DNA from: Chloroflexota bacterium
GTDB lineage: Bacteria > Chloroflexota > Anaerolineae > Aggregatilineales > Phototrophicaceae
Reading direction: 5' to 3'
Assembly: GCA_023430545.1 (NCBI GenBank)
Contig: JAEZAF010000199.1
Span: 4,778 to 68,777, forward strand
DNA length: 64,000 bases
Part shown: positions 8,097 through 17,530 of the stretch, in pieces
Position numbering within the stretch: position 1 is the stretch's first letter
How the letters are laid out: each line of letters begins with the position of its first letter
Program-made: the position numbers and the translations under genes
The notes under the pieces: model-generated
Database searches by the model: none
What the model was told of the DNA's origin: nothing
What the model saw: only the letters and a program-made list of their open reading frames with translations

Positions 8097-9641
8097 TTAA
8101 TGGCGGAAGTGGCGCACGCCTGTAAAAATCATCGCGATGCCGAAGCGGTCTGCTGCGGCGATGACTTCATTGTCACGGATCGATCCGCCCGGCTGAATGA
8201 CCGCCGTCACACCCGCTTCAGCGACGACTTCCAGCCCGTCTGCAAACGGAATCAGCCCATCAGAGGCCATTACCGCACCTTTCGCCCGTTCTCCGGCCTT
8301 CTCGACGGCCAGTTTTGCGGCATCCACGCGACTGGTCAGGCCGCCGCCGATGCCGTAGGTCGCATCTTTGCCCGTGATCACAATCGCATTGGATTTCACA
8401 TGCTGCATGGCCTTCCATGCAAAGTGCAGCGCCTGTAATTCGTCCTGAGTTGGGGCACGCTGCGTGACAATCCGGCTCATGGTTTCATCCGGGTCGCCCA
8501 TATCGACCTGCTGCACGAGAATCCCCTGATGGACGCTGCGCACTTCAAGCTGTGTGCCGCTGTAGGGGTGCGGGATCTGAAGCAGGCGGCAGTTCTTCCG
8601 CTTCTGAGAGAGCCGCGCCAGCGCCCCTGGTGAAAATGACGGTGCCGCGAGATCATCGATCAGGAGCGCACCCAGTGAATCGACAAAAGCCTCATCGACT
8701 TCACGATTGACCGCCATTGCACAGCCAAAGGCAGACAGGGGATCGGATGCGAGGGCCTTCGGGAAGGCTTCCGCAAGTGTTGAACCAACGGCGATGCCGC
8801 ATGGCGTCAGATGTTTGACGATGACCACCGCCGGTTCGCTGAAACTGCTGGCAGCACGCCACGCTGCATCGACATCAAGGATGTTGGTATACGACAATGA
8901 TTTTCCACTGAGCAGAGTCCCGCCCAGCGGACCGTCCCCGGCGCTGCGGCTGTAGTAGGCTGCCGCCTGATGAGGGTTCTCGCCATAGCGCAGGATTTCG
9001 GCACGCTGCACGGCAATCGACAGGCGCTCCGGCAGGTCACTGTTTTCATCCTCGACCATTGGTGCTGTCCCCTGTGAGAGAAAAGCGTGAATGGCGGTGT
9101 CGTAATCGCGTGTCATGGCAAAGGCTTTTACAGCCAGCATCCGCCGCAGTGCAAGATCTACCTGCCCACCTGCACGCAGGGCTGAAATCACCCGGTGATA
9201 ATCATCAGGGTCGGAGACTACGACCGAGTGGAAGAAATTCTTGGCCGCAGCACGCAGCAGTGTGACACCGCCGATGTCGATATTCTCGATGGCATCCTGT
9301 AAGGTGGTGCCCTTCTGCGAGATGGTCTTCTGAAAGGGATAGAGATTGCAGACCACCAGATTGATTGGCGCGTAACCCTGCTGCTGCAAGGCGTCAAGAT
9401 CTTCTTCACGATCACGAGCCATAATGCCAGCATGGATCGCGGGGTGCAGTGTCTTGACACGTCCCCCAAGCATTTCCGGTACCCCTGTCACCTGTTCAAT
9501 CGGCGTTACCATCAGTCCGGCCTCACGCAGCGACCGTTCGGTCCCCCCACTGGCGACCAGATCCCATCCCAACTCCACCAGCGCCTCCGCAAACTCGAGG
9601 AGACCTGTTTTGTCATACACACTTAACAGCGCACGCGGCAT
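8097..9641 (-). CDS. purH: Bifunctional AICAR transformylase / IMP cyclohydrolase
   Basis: 514 aa with [23 protein letters not shown] and a C-terminal FTGVRHFRH, all typical of PurH. Confidence 0.95.
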   Translation of the reverse strand: MPRALLSVYDKTGLLEFAEALVELGWDLVASGGTERSLREAGLMVTPIEQVTGVPEMLGGRVKTLHPAIHAGIMARDREEDLDALQQQGYAPINLVVCNLYPFQKTISQKGTTLQDAIENIDIGGVTLLRAAAKNFFHSVVVSDPDDYHRVISALRAGGQVDLALRRMLAVKAFAMTRDYDTAIHAFLSQGTAPMVEDENSDLPERLSIAVQRAEILRYGENPHQAAAYYSRSAGDGPLGGTLLSGKSLSYTNILDVDAAWRAASSFSEPAVVIVKHLTPCGIAVGSTLAEAFPKALASDPLSAFGCAMAVNREVDEAFVDSLGALLIDDLAAPSFSPGALARLSQKRKNCRLLQIPHPYSGTQLEVRSVHQGILVQQVDMGDPDETMSRIVTQRAPTQDELQALHFAWKAMQHVKSNAIVITGKDATYGIGGGLTSRVDAAKLAVEKAGERAKGAVMASDGLIPFADGLEVVAEAGVTAVIQPGGSIRDNEVIAAADRFGIAMIFTGVRHFRH

Positions 9642-9737
9642 GCTCTCATCCTTCTATTGTTAGAATCAGTGTCAGGCACCGGATTATAACGCCTCGCTGG
9701 TAAACAAAAAGCCATCTATGAAAAATCCGTTATAAGT

Positions 9738-9767
9738 TTGTGCATTTTATCACAAATGAAATATAAT
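9738..9767 (+). promoter_or_regulatory. Candidate ndh promoter (TTGTGC-18-TATAAT) overlapping a Rex-box-like palindrome TTGTGCATTTTATCACAA
   Basis: TATAAT at 9762-9767. The 18-bp site 9738-9755 matches the Rex consensus TTGTGAANNNNTTCACAA at 12 of 14 specified positions. Confidence 0.35.
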
Positions 9768-9807
9768 GCATTTATCCGCTGTGAAGTAAAAGGGACGAGG
9801 TTCGTCG

Positions 9808-11136
9808 ATGACTGAAATTCGCCGTCCAAGAGTCATTGTCATTGGTGCAGGTTTTGCAGGGCTTAGCGCCGCCCGCGAACTGGCAGGCAAATACGTTGAT
9901 GTCCTTCTGATCGACCGGAATAACTATCACCTGTTCACGCCGCTGCTGTATCAGGTTGCCACCTGCGGCCTGGATGCAAGCGATATTGCCTACCCTATCC
10001 GCCGGATTTTCCGCGGTCAGTCCAATGTACAGTTCCGCCTGGGCGAAGTCACCCACATTGATCACGAACAACAGACGGTGACCATCCACGAGAACGACAC
10101 AATGCACGAGGAGCAGTACGATTATCTGGTGGTTGCCGCAGGACGAATCAGCAACTTCTTCGACAACCCGTCGATCGAACAGTTCTCATTTGGGATGCAG
10201 ACACTCAATGAAGCGCTGATTCTGCGCAATCACATTTTGCGGCTGTTTGAAAAAGCAAGCTGGATTGAGGATGAATCGGAACGCCGTGCGCTGACCACGA
10301 TGGTCGTGGTCGGTGGCGGCCCGACCGGGCTGGAGACGGCTGGAGCGCTCTACGAGTTATACAACTATGTCCTGAAGACCGAGTACAGCAAACTGGAAAA
10401 CATCGAAACCCGGGTCATCCTGCTGGAAGCAATGGACGATCTGCTGCTTTCCTACCCGGAAAATCTGCGCGAATCGGCCCGTGATCAGCTCGCATCACTA
10501 GGGGTCGAGGTCATGCTGAACAGCAAGGTAGAGTCAGTCAGTGAGAATGAAGTCACGCTGGCTGATGGCCGCACCATCCAGACGCATACACTGATCTGGG
10601 CAGCAGGGATACAGGCTTCACCGCTGGCGCAGATGCTGGATGTCCCGCTGGAGCGTGGTGGCCGCATCCCGATTACGCCGCAGTGCGAGGTTATCGGTCG
10701 GCCCAATATCTTCGCAGGTGGCGACCTGACCTATCTGCTGAACCCGGCTGATGATAATCCCTATCCGCAGTTGATCCCGGTCGCCAGTCAGATGGGACGC
10801 CTGATCGCCCGTAATATCCAGCACCGCACAGCCGGCGAGGCGCTTGAGGCGTTCAAATACAATGATCGCGGTGTCATGGCAACGATTGGCCGACGCCGCG
10901 CCGTCGCATGGGTGTTTTATCGCTTGCAGGTGACGGGCCGTCTGGCGTGGTTTGCATGGCTGACCCTGCATCTGCTGTGGCTGATGGGCTTCCGCAACCG
11001 CATCAGTGTGTTTATAAACTGGGTGTGGAACTACATCAACTACGATCACTCGGTGCGTATCATGCTCAATGACCTGCGACTTGATCCGACCGCTGAAGCG
11101 GAGGTCCCGGCGAAAGAGTCGGTTCAGGTCCGGTGA
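9808..11136 (+). CDS. ndh: Type II NADH dehydrogenase (NDH-2, FAD-dependent pyridine nucleotide-disulfide oxidoreductase)
   Basis: Two dinucleotide-binding motifs (VIVIGAGFAGLSAA and VVVGGGPTGLETAGAL) and a C-terminal membrane-association helix. Confidence 0.85.
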   Translation: MTEIRRPRVIVIGAGFAGLSAARELAGKYVDVLLIDRNNYHLFTPLLYQVATCGLDASDIAYPIRRIFRGQSNVQFRLGEVTHIDHEQQTVTIHENDTMHEEQYDYLVVAAGRISNFFDNPSIEQFSFGMQTLNEALILRNHILRLFEKASWIEDESERRALTTMVVVGGGPTGLETAGALYELYNYVLKTEYSKLENIETRVILLEAMDDLLLSYPENLRESARDQLASLGVEVMLNSKVESVSENEVTLADGRTIQTHTLIWAAGIQASPLAQMLDVPLERGGRIPITPQCEVIGRPNIFAGGDLTYLLNPADDNPYPQLIPVASQMGRLIARNIQHRTAGEALEAFKYNDRGVMATIGRRRAVAWVFYRLQVTGRLAWFAWLTLHLLWLMGFRNRISVFINWVWNYINYDHSVRIMLNDLRLDPTAEAEVPAKESVQVR

Positions 11137-11159
11137 GTTAAGGCAAACGGTGATAAAAA

Positions 11160-11198
11160 CAACGGGGAAGCCTCTGTCTGCGCTTCCCCGTTGTTTTG
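11160..11198 (+). terminator. Intrinsic terminator after ndh
   Basis: Perfect 12-bp stem CAACGGGGAAGC / GCTTCCCCGTTG, 10-nt loop, then a TTTT run. Confidence 0.85.
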
Positions 11199-11221
11199 TC
11201 TCTACAGGGACTGTTATGCAG

Positions 11222-11269
11222 TTCCAGGCGGACACGGCAGTGCCGTCCATGTCCCTACAGGTTACATCC
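11222..11269 (+). repeat. 3'-end repeat family, copy A (downstream of ndh)
   Basis: TTCCAGGCGGACACGGCAGTGCCGTCCATGTCCCTACAGGTTACATCC. An exact 19-mer is shared with copy B at 25210-25228. Confidence 0.7.
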
Positions 11270-11363
11270 TTGCGCGGAGCATCAGTGGCTGCATGTATGC
11301 GTTACACGCAAATGCAGGGCCGGACAAATCCGGCCCGTAACGGTAATCAATTTTCAGATCGAT

Positions 11364-12911
11364 CTAGAGTGACTGAGCGATCAGGCTGCGGCCTGTCATT
11401 TCGGGTGGCTGCGGTACACCGAGCAGATCCAGCACGGTCGGGGCGACATCGGCCAGAATGCCACGCGGTCGCAGACCGTAATACTGTCCGTCCGCACTGA
11501 CGAGGAACAGCGATACCGCGCTTGTCGTGTGATAGGTATGCGCATTCCCGGTGAATTCATCGAACATGCGCTCACAGTTGCCATGATCAGCGGTGACGAG
11601 GGCGACGCCACCTTTCGCGACTACCGCTTCGACTAGCTGACCTGCACAGTGATCTGCCGTCTCGCAGGCTTTTATGGCCGCTTCCAGCACGCCCGTATGC
11701 CCGACCATATCGGGATTGGCGAAGTTCACCAGAATAAAGGCGTCATCATGAGTGTTCAGCCGTTCCAGTGTTTTTGCGGCCAGTTCGGGAGCGCTCATCT
11801 CCGGCTGAAGATCATAGGTCGCGACTTTGGGGGACGGCACCATCATATGTTCTTCACCGGGGAAGGCATCTTCATTACGCCCGTTGAAGAAGTAGGTCAC
11901 ATGGGGGTATTTCTCGGTCTCGGCAGAGTGATACTGCGGCAGTCCAGCCTGACTGAGCACTTCCGCCAGTGTATTCTTCAGGCGTTCCTTGCCAAAGAGC
12001 ACCTGTACAGGAAAGTCATCTTCATAGACCGTCATCGTGACAATGTCAACATCTGGCACATGCACGCCATGAAAGCCTTCCACCACCGGATAGGCAAATA
12101 CACGCACCAACTGGCGCATACGGTCCGCGCGGAAGTTGTAGCACAGGACGACATCACCCGGTTTGACTGCCAGATCAGCATCGGCATCGCTGGGTGCGCC
12201 GATCACGGTTGGGACGATAAACTCATCCGACACACCCTGGTTATACGAATGCTGGACGGCGTCCACCGCACTGGCGAAACGCTCCCCCTGACGGAAAGCG
12301 AGCGCATCATAGGCTAACTGTGTCCGTTCCCAGCGGCGGTCACGATCCATGGCGTAATAGCGCCCGCTGACGGTCGCGATCTGTGCGACCTGCTCTTCCT
12401 TCACATAACGTTCTAACTGCGAGATGAATTCCAGACCGCTGTTCGGCGGGGTATCGCGGCCATCGGTGATGATGTGCAGCACGGGCAGCACGCTGTTTTC
12501 CCGGCACATGCCCAGCAATGCGTACAGGTGATCAATATGGCTGTGTACGCCGCCGTTGCTTACCAGTCCTACCAGATGCAGACGGTTGCCACGTGCTTTC
12601 ACTGTCTCAAAAGCGTTTAACAGCACCTGCTGCTGACCCAGTGAACCGTCTTTAATCGCCACATTGATCGCGCTGATGTCCTGATAGACAATACGCCCCG
12701 CGCCGAGGTTGAGATGACCGACTTCAGAATTCCCCATCTGCTCCGGGACTAATCCCACCGCCTCTCCGGACGCATCCAGAATGGAACGCTCCAGCGTCCG
12801 CATCCAGCGATCGTAATTTGGCGTACTGGCGAGCAATGGCGCGTTGCCATGTTCCATCTCGCGGATACCCCAACCATCGAGGATAATGAGCATGACTGGC
12901 TTGACTGCCAT
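11364..12911 (-). CDS. gpmI: 2,3-bisphosphoglycerate-independent phosphoglycerate mutase
   Basis: 515 aa with ILDGWG, NSEVGHLNLGAGR and TADHGN motifs typical of iPGM. Confidence 0.95.
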   Translation of the reverse strand: MAVKPVMLIILDGWGIREMEHGNAPLLASTPNYDRWMRTLERSILDASGEAVGLVPEQMGNSEVGHLNLGAGRIVYQDISAINVAIKDGSLGQQQVLLNAFETVKARGNRLHLVGLVSNGGVHSHIDHLYALLGMCRENSVLPVLHIITDGRDTPPNSGLEFISQLERYVKEEQVAQIATVSGRYYAMDRDRRWERTQLAYDALAFRQGERFASAVDAVQHSYNQGVSDEFIVPTVIGAPSDADADLAVKPGDVVLCYNFRADRMRQLVRVFAYPVVEGFHGVHVPDVDIVTMTVYEDDFPVQVLFGKERLKNTLAEVLSQAGLPQYHSAETEKYPHVTYFFNGRNEDAFPGEEHMMVPSPKVATYDLQPEMSAPELAAKTLERLNTHDDAFILVNFANPDMVGHTGVLEAAIKACETADHCAGQLVEAVVAKGGVALVTADHGNCERMFDEFTGNAHTYHTTSAVSLFLVSADGQYYGLRPRGILADVAPTVLDLLGVPQPPEMTGRSLIAQSL

Positions 12912-13005
12912 ATGACACTGCCTTTTCTACATGCGTGAATTGTGATCAGCTCTGAAATTACAGTCACCAGTTTTACCATACGATTGTGAAGCATCCAACA
13001 CAACC

Positions 13006-14259
13006 ATGACTAAATCCAGGCAAAACACTATTACATCCAGCCAACCGCTAGCGGATCGTATCCGCCCGGCATCGCTGGAAGAATTCGTCGGTCAGCGCCA
13101 TCTTGTCGGGGAAGGCAAACCGCTGTATCAAGTGATCCATAACAACACGGTGCATTCGATGATCCTGTGGGGGCCGCCCGGTGTCGGTAAGACAACACTG
13201 GCGCGGATCATCGCGCAGCAGACTGGCAGACGCTTCGTGATGCTGTCGGCTGTATCAGCCAGCAAGGATGATCTGCGTAAGGTGGTAGACAGCGCCCGCG
13301 CCGCACACCATCCTCGCACGACACTGTTTGCCGATCTCGACGAGAATACAGGTGATGCCGATGCCCGTAACGGTACGGTCCTGTTTCTGGACGAGATCCA
13401 CCGCTTTAACAAAGCACAGCAGGACTTCCTATTGCCGTATGTCGAAGACGGAACGATTACTCTGATCGGTGCTACCACCGAAAACCCAAGCTTTGAAGTC
13501 ATCTCGGCGCTGCTGTCACGGAGTCAGGTCTTCGTGCTCAACACGCTGACACCGGAAGAGATCCGCGAGATCATCGAACATGGTGCGGTGGTGCTTGGGC
13601 GGGAAGTCGAGCCGGAAGCCTTCGATTTTCTGGCAGAATACGCCAACGGGGATGCCCGTCAGGCGTTGAATCTGCTGCAGGCGGTCGGCAGCCTGTATCC
13701 CGATGCTGTGATCACGGTCGAGCGGTTAAGAGACACGCTGCAATCCAAGCATCTGCGATACGATAAGCAGGAAGAAGAGCATTACAACACGGTCAGCGCC
13801 TATATCAAGAGTATGCGCGCCAGCAATGTCGATGCCGCGCTGTACTATCTGGCGCGGATGGTCGCCGCCGGGGAAGATCCCAAGTTCATCGCCCGACGAA
13901 TGGTGATCTTCGCCAGTGAGGATATCGGTGTCGCACAGCCGACCGCGCTGGTCGTCGCCAATGAGGTCTTTCGGGCTGTCGAGATCATCGGCTATCCTGA
14001 ATGCCAGATCAATCTGGCGCATGGCACGGTCTATCTGGCGATGGCGGCCAAAGATCGCTCGGCATATGAGGCTTACTTCAAGGCGCTGGATGATGCTAAT
14101 CAGCATGGGAATCTGCCGATCCCGCTGCCGCTGCGCAACGCCCCGACCAAGCTGATGAAAGATCTCGGTTACAGCGAGGGTTATGATATGTACTCGCAAG
14201 GGGATCTGCTGCCGGAAAAGCTGAGGGGGCGTCAGTATTACCCGCGCAAAGCGGAATAA
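13006..14259 (+). CDS. rarA: Replication-associated recombination protein A (AAA+ ATPase)
   Basis: Walker [31 protein letters not shown] and a MgsA-type C-terminal domain. Confidence 0.9.
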   Translation: MTKSRQNTITSSQPLADRIRPASLEEFVGQRHLVGEGKPLYQVIHNNTVHSMILWGPPGVGKTTLARIIAQQTGRRFVMLSAVSASKDDLRKVVDSARAAHHPRTTLFADLDENTGDADARNGTVLFLDEIHRFNKAQQDFLLPYVEDGTITLIGATTENPSFEVISALLSRSQVFVLNTLTPEEIREIIEHGAVVLGREVEPEAFDFLAEYANGDARQALNLLQAVGSLYPDAVITVERLRDTLQSKHLRYDKQEEEHYNTVSAYIKSMRASNVDAALYYLARMVAAGEDPKFIARRMVIFASEDIGVAQPTALVVANEVFRAVEIIGYPECQINLAHGTVYLAMAAKDRSAYEAYFKALDDANQHGNLPIPLPLRNAPTKLMKDLGYSEGYDMYSQGDLLPEKLRGRQYYPRKAE

Positions 14260-14316
14260 ATGCCTGATCGCGGCTTTACAGCCGCCCGACAACCGGCGGT
14301 CAGGTTAGCGGCCGGA

Positions 14317-14345
14317 TTGACAAAGGTTTCACGAGTGTCTATGAT
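14317..14345 (+). promoter_or_regulatory. Candidate sigma70-type promoter of the carbamoyltransferase operon (TTGACA-17-TATGAT)
   Basis: TTGACA 14317-14322, 17-bp spacer, TATGAT 14340-14345, about 38 nt upstream of the GTG start at 14384. Confidence 0.5.
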
Positions 14346-14383
14346 GTTTTCGCATTTTCACCAGTGAGTTTTGGGAGAACTAC

Positions 14384-14611
14384 GTGCAGGATCTACTGCG
14401 ATTTGCCTGGCAACGCTTTACGCTGATCACCACGGTGTTGGGCGAACTACAGGGACGCTTCTTTATCACCGCATTCTATTACACCATTCTGGTTCCGTTT
14501 GGGATCGGATCTCGCCTGTTTACCGATCCTCTTCATCGTAAATCGTCAGCGCAGTGGCATGAGCGCACTCCGGTCCCGACTGATCTTGAGTCGGCACAGC
14601 AGCAAGGTTAA
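14384..14611 (+). CDS. Small membrane protein, resembles the C-terminal half of SxtJ-family proteins (hypothetical)
   Basis: GTG start preceded by GGGAGA; the stop lies 3 nt before the carbamoyltransferase ATG. The FYYTILVPFGIGSRLFTDPL segment resembles, from memory, the SxtJ C-terminus. Confidence 0.5.
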   Translation: MQDLLRFAWQRFTLITTVLGELQGRFFITAFYYTILVPFGIGSRLFTDPLHRKSSAQWHERTPVPTDLESAQQQG

Positions 14612-14614
14612 GAC

Positions 14615-16414
14615 ATGTATATTCTGGGTATTTCCTGCTTCTATCATGATTCTGCTGCTGCCCTGCTCCGCGACGGCCAGTTGGTGGCCGCGTCGATGGA
14701 GGAACGGTTCTCACGCAAGAAGCACGACAACAGCTATCCACAGCAGGCGATTGACTTCTGTCTGCGGCAGGCGGGTATTCGGGAACAGGATCTCGATTAC
14801 GTCGTGTTCTACGAAAAGCCGCTGCTGAAATTCGAGCGCATCCTCCTGACCACCCTCAATACCTTCCCCCAATCCTCCGCTGTGTGGCGTGAAGCCATGC
14901 TGAGCTGGATGAAGGAAAAGCTGTGGGTCAAGAACATCATCCAGAACAAGCTGAAGGTGGATTACAAGAAGATCCTGTTCTGCGATCACCATATGAGCCA
15001 TGCTGCCAGCGCGTTCTTCGCCAGCCCCTTCCGAGATGCGGCGGTGCTGACGGTGGACGGTGTGGGCGAATGGACAACGACCACACTCGGCAAGGCAACC
15101 AGCACATGGGTTGGGGATGCCGCGCCCGGTCACAATGACATCACCCTGTTCAGCGAACAGCGCTTCCCGCACTCACTCGGCCTGTTATACTCGGCCTTTA
15201 CTGCCTTTCTCGGCTTCCGTGTAAATAACGGTGAATACAAAGTCATGGGGATGGCCCCCTACGGTGAGCCGAGGTATCTCGATAAAGTTGAGAAGGTCTT
15301 CAAACTGAATCCGCAGGATGGCAGTTTCCATCTGGACCTGGATTACTTCAGCTTCCATCAGTCGGCTGATTCCAGTTACAGCCAGCGCTTCATCGAGCTG
15401 TTCGGTCAGCCGCGCCCACCGGAAGCCGACTTCTTCACGATGGCGACGAATCCGGAACGCTCAGCTGAGCGTGCGGCCATGCAGGAAAACCAGCACTATG
15501 CCGACATCGCAGCCAGTATCCAGCGGGCCACTGAAGATGCACTGATCGCGATTGCGAATCAACTGCATAAGCAGACCGGCCTCAGCAAACTGGTGATGGC
15601 GGGCGGTGTCGCGCTGAATACCAAAGCCAATTATCGCCTGTTGAACGAAACACCGTTCGACGAAATCTATATCCAGCCTGCCGCTGGTGACGATGGCGGC
15701 GCACTCGGTGCGGCGCTGTGGGCGCATCATATCGTGCTCGGCAAGCCGCGTGACTGGGTGATGCCGCATGCCTACTGGGGACAGAGCTACACCAATGACG
15801 AGTGCCGCCAATGGCTGGACAGTCAGGGCATCGTCTACGAGTCCTTTGAAGGCCGCGAGGATGAGATGCTCGACATCGTGGCTGAATCGCTGACGAATAA
15901 AAAGGTCGTCGGCTGGATGCAGGGACGCTTCGAATGGGGACCGCGTGCGCTCGGCGCACGGAGTATTCTGGCTGACCCACGCGCTGACGAGATGAAGGAA
16001 GTCGTCAACACCAAGATCAAGTTCCGTGAGCCGTTCCGCCCATTCGCGCCGGTGATTCTACGCGACCGCGCTGCGGAATACTTCGATTATCCGGCTGTGC
16101 AGGAACACGAAGCCCCGCGCTATATGCTGATTGTCGCGCCGATCAAGGAAGAAAAGCAGGATCAGCTTCAGGCAGTCTGCCACATGGGGACTGGTCGTCT
16201 GCAGGCGATTGATCGCGAGACGAACCCGCGTTACTATGGTGTGATTGAGCGCTTCGGCCAGATTACCGGTGTACCGGTGGTGCTCAACACGTCGTTCAAT
16301 CTGCGCGGCGAACCGATTGTCACGGCCCCGCGTGATGCCTATAACACCTTCTATAACAGCGACATTGACATGCTGGCGATGGAATCGCTGCTGATCCGTA
16401 AGCCCAATAGTTAA
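14615..16414 (+). CDS. Carbamoyltransferase (NodU/CmcH/SxtI family)
   Basis: 599 aa. N-terminal ILGISCFYHDSAAAL and HHMSHAASAF motifs (ASKHA/Kae1-like domain) plus a C-terminal YrdC-like carbamoyltransferase region. Confidence 0.85.
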   Translation: MYILGISCFYHDSAAALLRDGQLVAASMEERFSRKKHDNSYPQQAIDFCLRQAGIREQDLDYVVFYEKPLLKFERILLTTLNTFPQSSAVWREAMLSWMKEKLWVKNIIQNKLKVDYKKILFCDHHMSHAASAFFASPFRDAAVLTVDGVGEWTTTTLGKATSTWVGDAAPGHNDITLFSEQRFPHSLGLLYSAFTAFLGFRVNNGEYKVMGMAPYGEPRYLDKVEKVFKLNPQDGSFHLDLDYFSFHQSADSSYSQRFIELFGQPRPPEADFFTMATNPERSAERAAMQENQHYADIAASIQRATEDALIAIANQLHKQTGLSKLVMAGGVALNTKANYRLLNETPFDEIYIQPAAGDDGGALGAALWAHHIVLGKPRDWVMPHAYWGQSYTNDECRQWLDSQGIVYESFEGREDEMLDIVAESLTNKKVVGWMQGRFEWGPRALGARSILADPRADEMKEVVNTKIKFREPFRPFAPVILRDRAAEYFDYPAVQEHEAPRYMLIVAPIKEEKQDQLQAVCHMGTGRLQAIDRETNPRYYGVIERFGQITGVPVVLNTSFNLRGEPIVTAPRDAYNTFYNSDIDMLAMESLLIRKPNS

Positions 16415-16432
16415 CCCATCAACGAGGCGACT

Positions 16433-17044
16433 ATGACACAGGTTTCAAGTTCGATTAACGTACAACCGAAGCGCAATATCTCGATTGTCAGTATTGCCCC
16501 GCTGGTCTTCGGCGTGATGGTTCTGCTCAGCGGTCTGCTGCCGCTACTGAACGTCGAGATCGCCGGGATCACGCCGCCGACCCTTCAGCTCCTTCTGACG
16601 GGTGGAGCCGCCGCTTTACTCTCACTGTGGGCGCTGGCGGATATCCGTGGGCGCTTTGTGGCATCACTGGTGGGTTTCATCCTCGGTATCATCGCCCTGC
16701 TGGCCCTGTTCGGGTTTGTCTCAGCCGTCAGCCGGACGGCCACCAATGCCGAAGAGGTCCCGCATGTGACGGCGGTTTTCTGGATCGGTGTTGTGGGGGC
16801 TATCGGCCTGATTCTGCAACTGTTCTTCCCGCGTCCGCGCGTGACAGGGACTCAGATTTATGGCGAAGACGGCCTGCGTGACTTTATGGCCCGCATGGGT
16901 GTGCTGGGTGAACTGCTCGGATTCCTGTGGAAGCGCAAGCTCTACTGGCTGATCCCGATGGTATTGACGCTGATGGTCTTCATCGTTTTGATTGTCGCAG
17001 GCAGCAACAGCGCGATTGCACCGTTCATCTATACGTTGTTCTAG
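16433..17044 (+). CDS. Membrane protein with C-terminal DUF5989 (SxtK-like) module
   Basis: The last ~50 aa (GELLGFLWKRKLYWLIPMVLTLMVFIVLIVAGSNSAIAPFIYTLF) match the DUF5989 pattern ending APFIYTLF. They are preceded by ~150 aa containing four hydrophobic helices. Confidence 0.6.
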   Translation: MTQVSSSINVQPKRNISIVSIAPLVFGVMVLLSGLLPLLNVEIAGITPPTLQLLLTGGAAALLSLWALADIRGRFVASLVGFILGIIALLALFGFVSAVSRTATNAEEVPHVTAVFWIGVVGAIGLILQLFFPRPRVTGTQIYGEDGLRDFMARMGVLGELLGFLWKRKLYWLIPMVLTLMVFIVLIVAGSNSAIAPFIYTLF

Positions 17045-17103
17045 TCCACTGACAAGCAGAAAGGAACCGAAGCACACGTGCAGTGTGCTTCGAACTGAAC
17101 CTT

Positions 17104-17463
17104 ATGGAAGAAAGTACTCGCCTGCTGATTATCGGCGTGATCGCCGTGCTGGTCTCGATCTTTGTCGGCAGCCATGTCCACCGAGAGACGCTCAAGCGTG
17201 AACAGGTTCACAGCGGTGTCATCGCACAGATCATGAATCTGATCGCATCGATGGCATTCGCCGCCGTTATCCCCACGGCCCTGCTGGGATTGATCCTGGG
17301 TGTGCTGCACTCGGTTGTCCCGGTTATTCTGGGGCTGTTTGCTGTGACCTTTGTCGCGCTGCTGATCTTTGCAGTGGTGGAATGGCCGGTCGCGTCGAAG
17401 ATTGTCCCGGTTGAGGAAGAGGAACTGTGGACGGCAGAAAAGGCCCGCACATCCGGCCTGTAG
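17104..17463 (+). CDS. Hypothetical small membrane protein
   Basis: 119 aa with 3-4 hydrophobic helices. ATG 17104 is chosen because the track start (GTG 17083) lies inside a hairpin; there is no clear RBS. Confidence 0.45.
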   Translation: MEESTRLLIIGVIAVLVSIFVGSHVHRETLKREQVHSGVIAQIMNLIASMAFAAVIPTALLGLILGVLHSVVPVILGLFAVTFVALLIFAVVEWPVASKIVPVEEEELWTAEKARTSGL

Positions 17464-17482
17464 CCTGTCGCTGGCATCAGAC

Positions 17483-17515
17483 AAAAGGCACTGCGCATCA
17501 TGCAGTGCCTTTTTG
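17483..17515. terminator. Bidirectional intrinsic terminator between convergent genes
   Basis: 10-bp stem AAGGCACTGC / GCAGTGCCTT flanked by an A-run upstream and a T5 run downstream. Confidence 0.8.
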
Positions 17516-17530
17516 ATTTCAATTCCCTGC

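Noticed and set aside
9642-9700. Possible ZTP (pfl) riboswitch upstream of purH
   Set aside because: The leader between the minus-strand TATAAT (9688-9683) and the purH ATG is only about 35 nt. No GGGUCGUGAC or CCGCCUGGGC elements are present.
11229-11330. Small ORF reading ADTAVP... through repeat copy A, with a parallel frame through copy B
   Set aside because: Copy B has no start codon or RBS in the corresponding frame. Conservation is at the nucleotide level with indels that break the frame.
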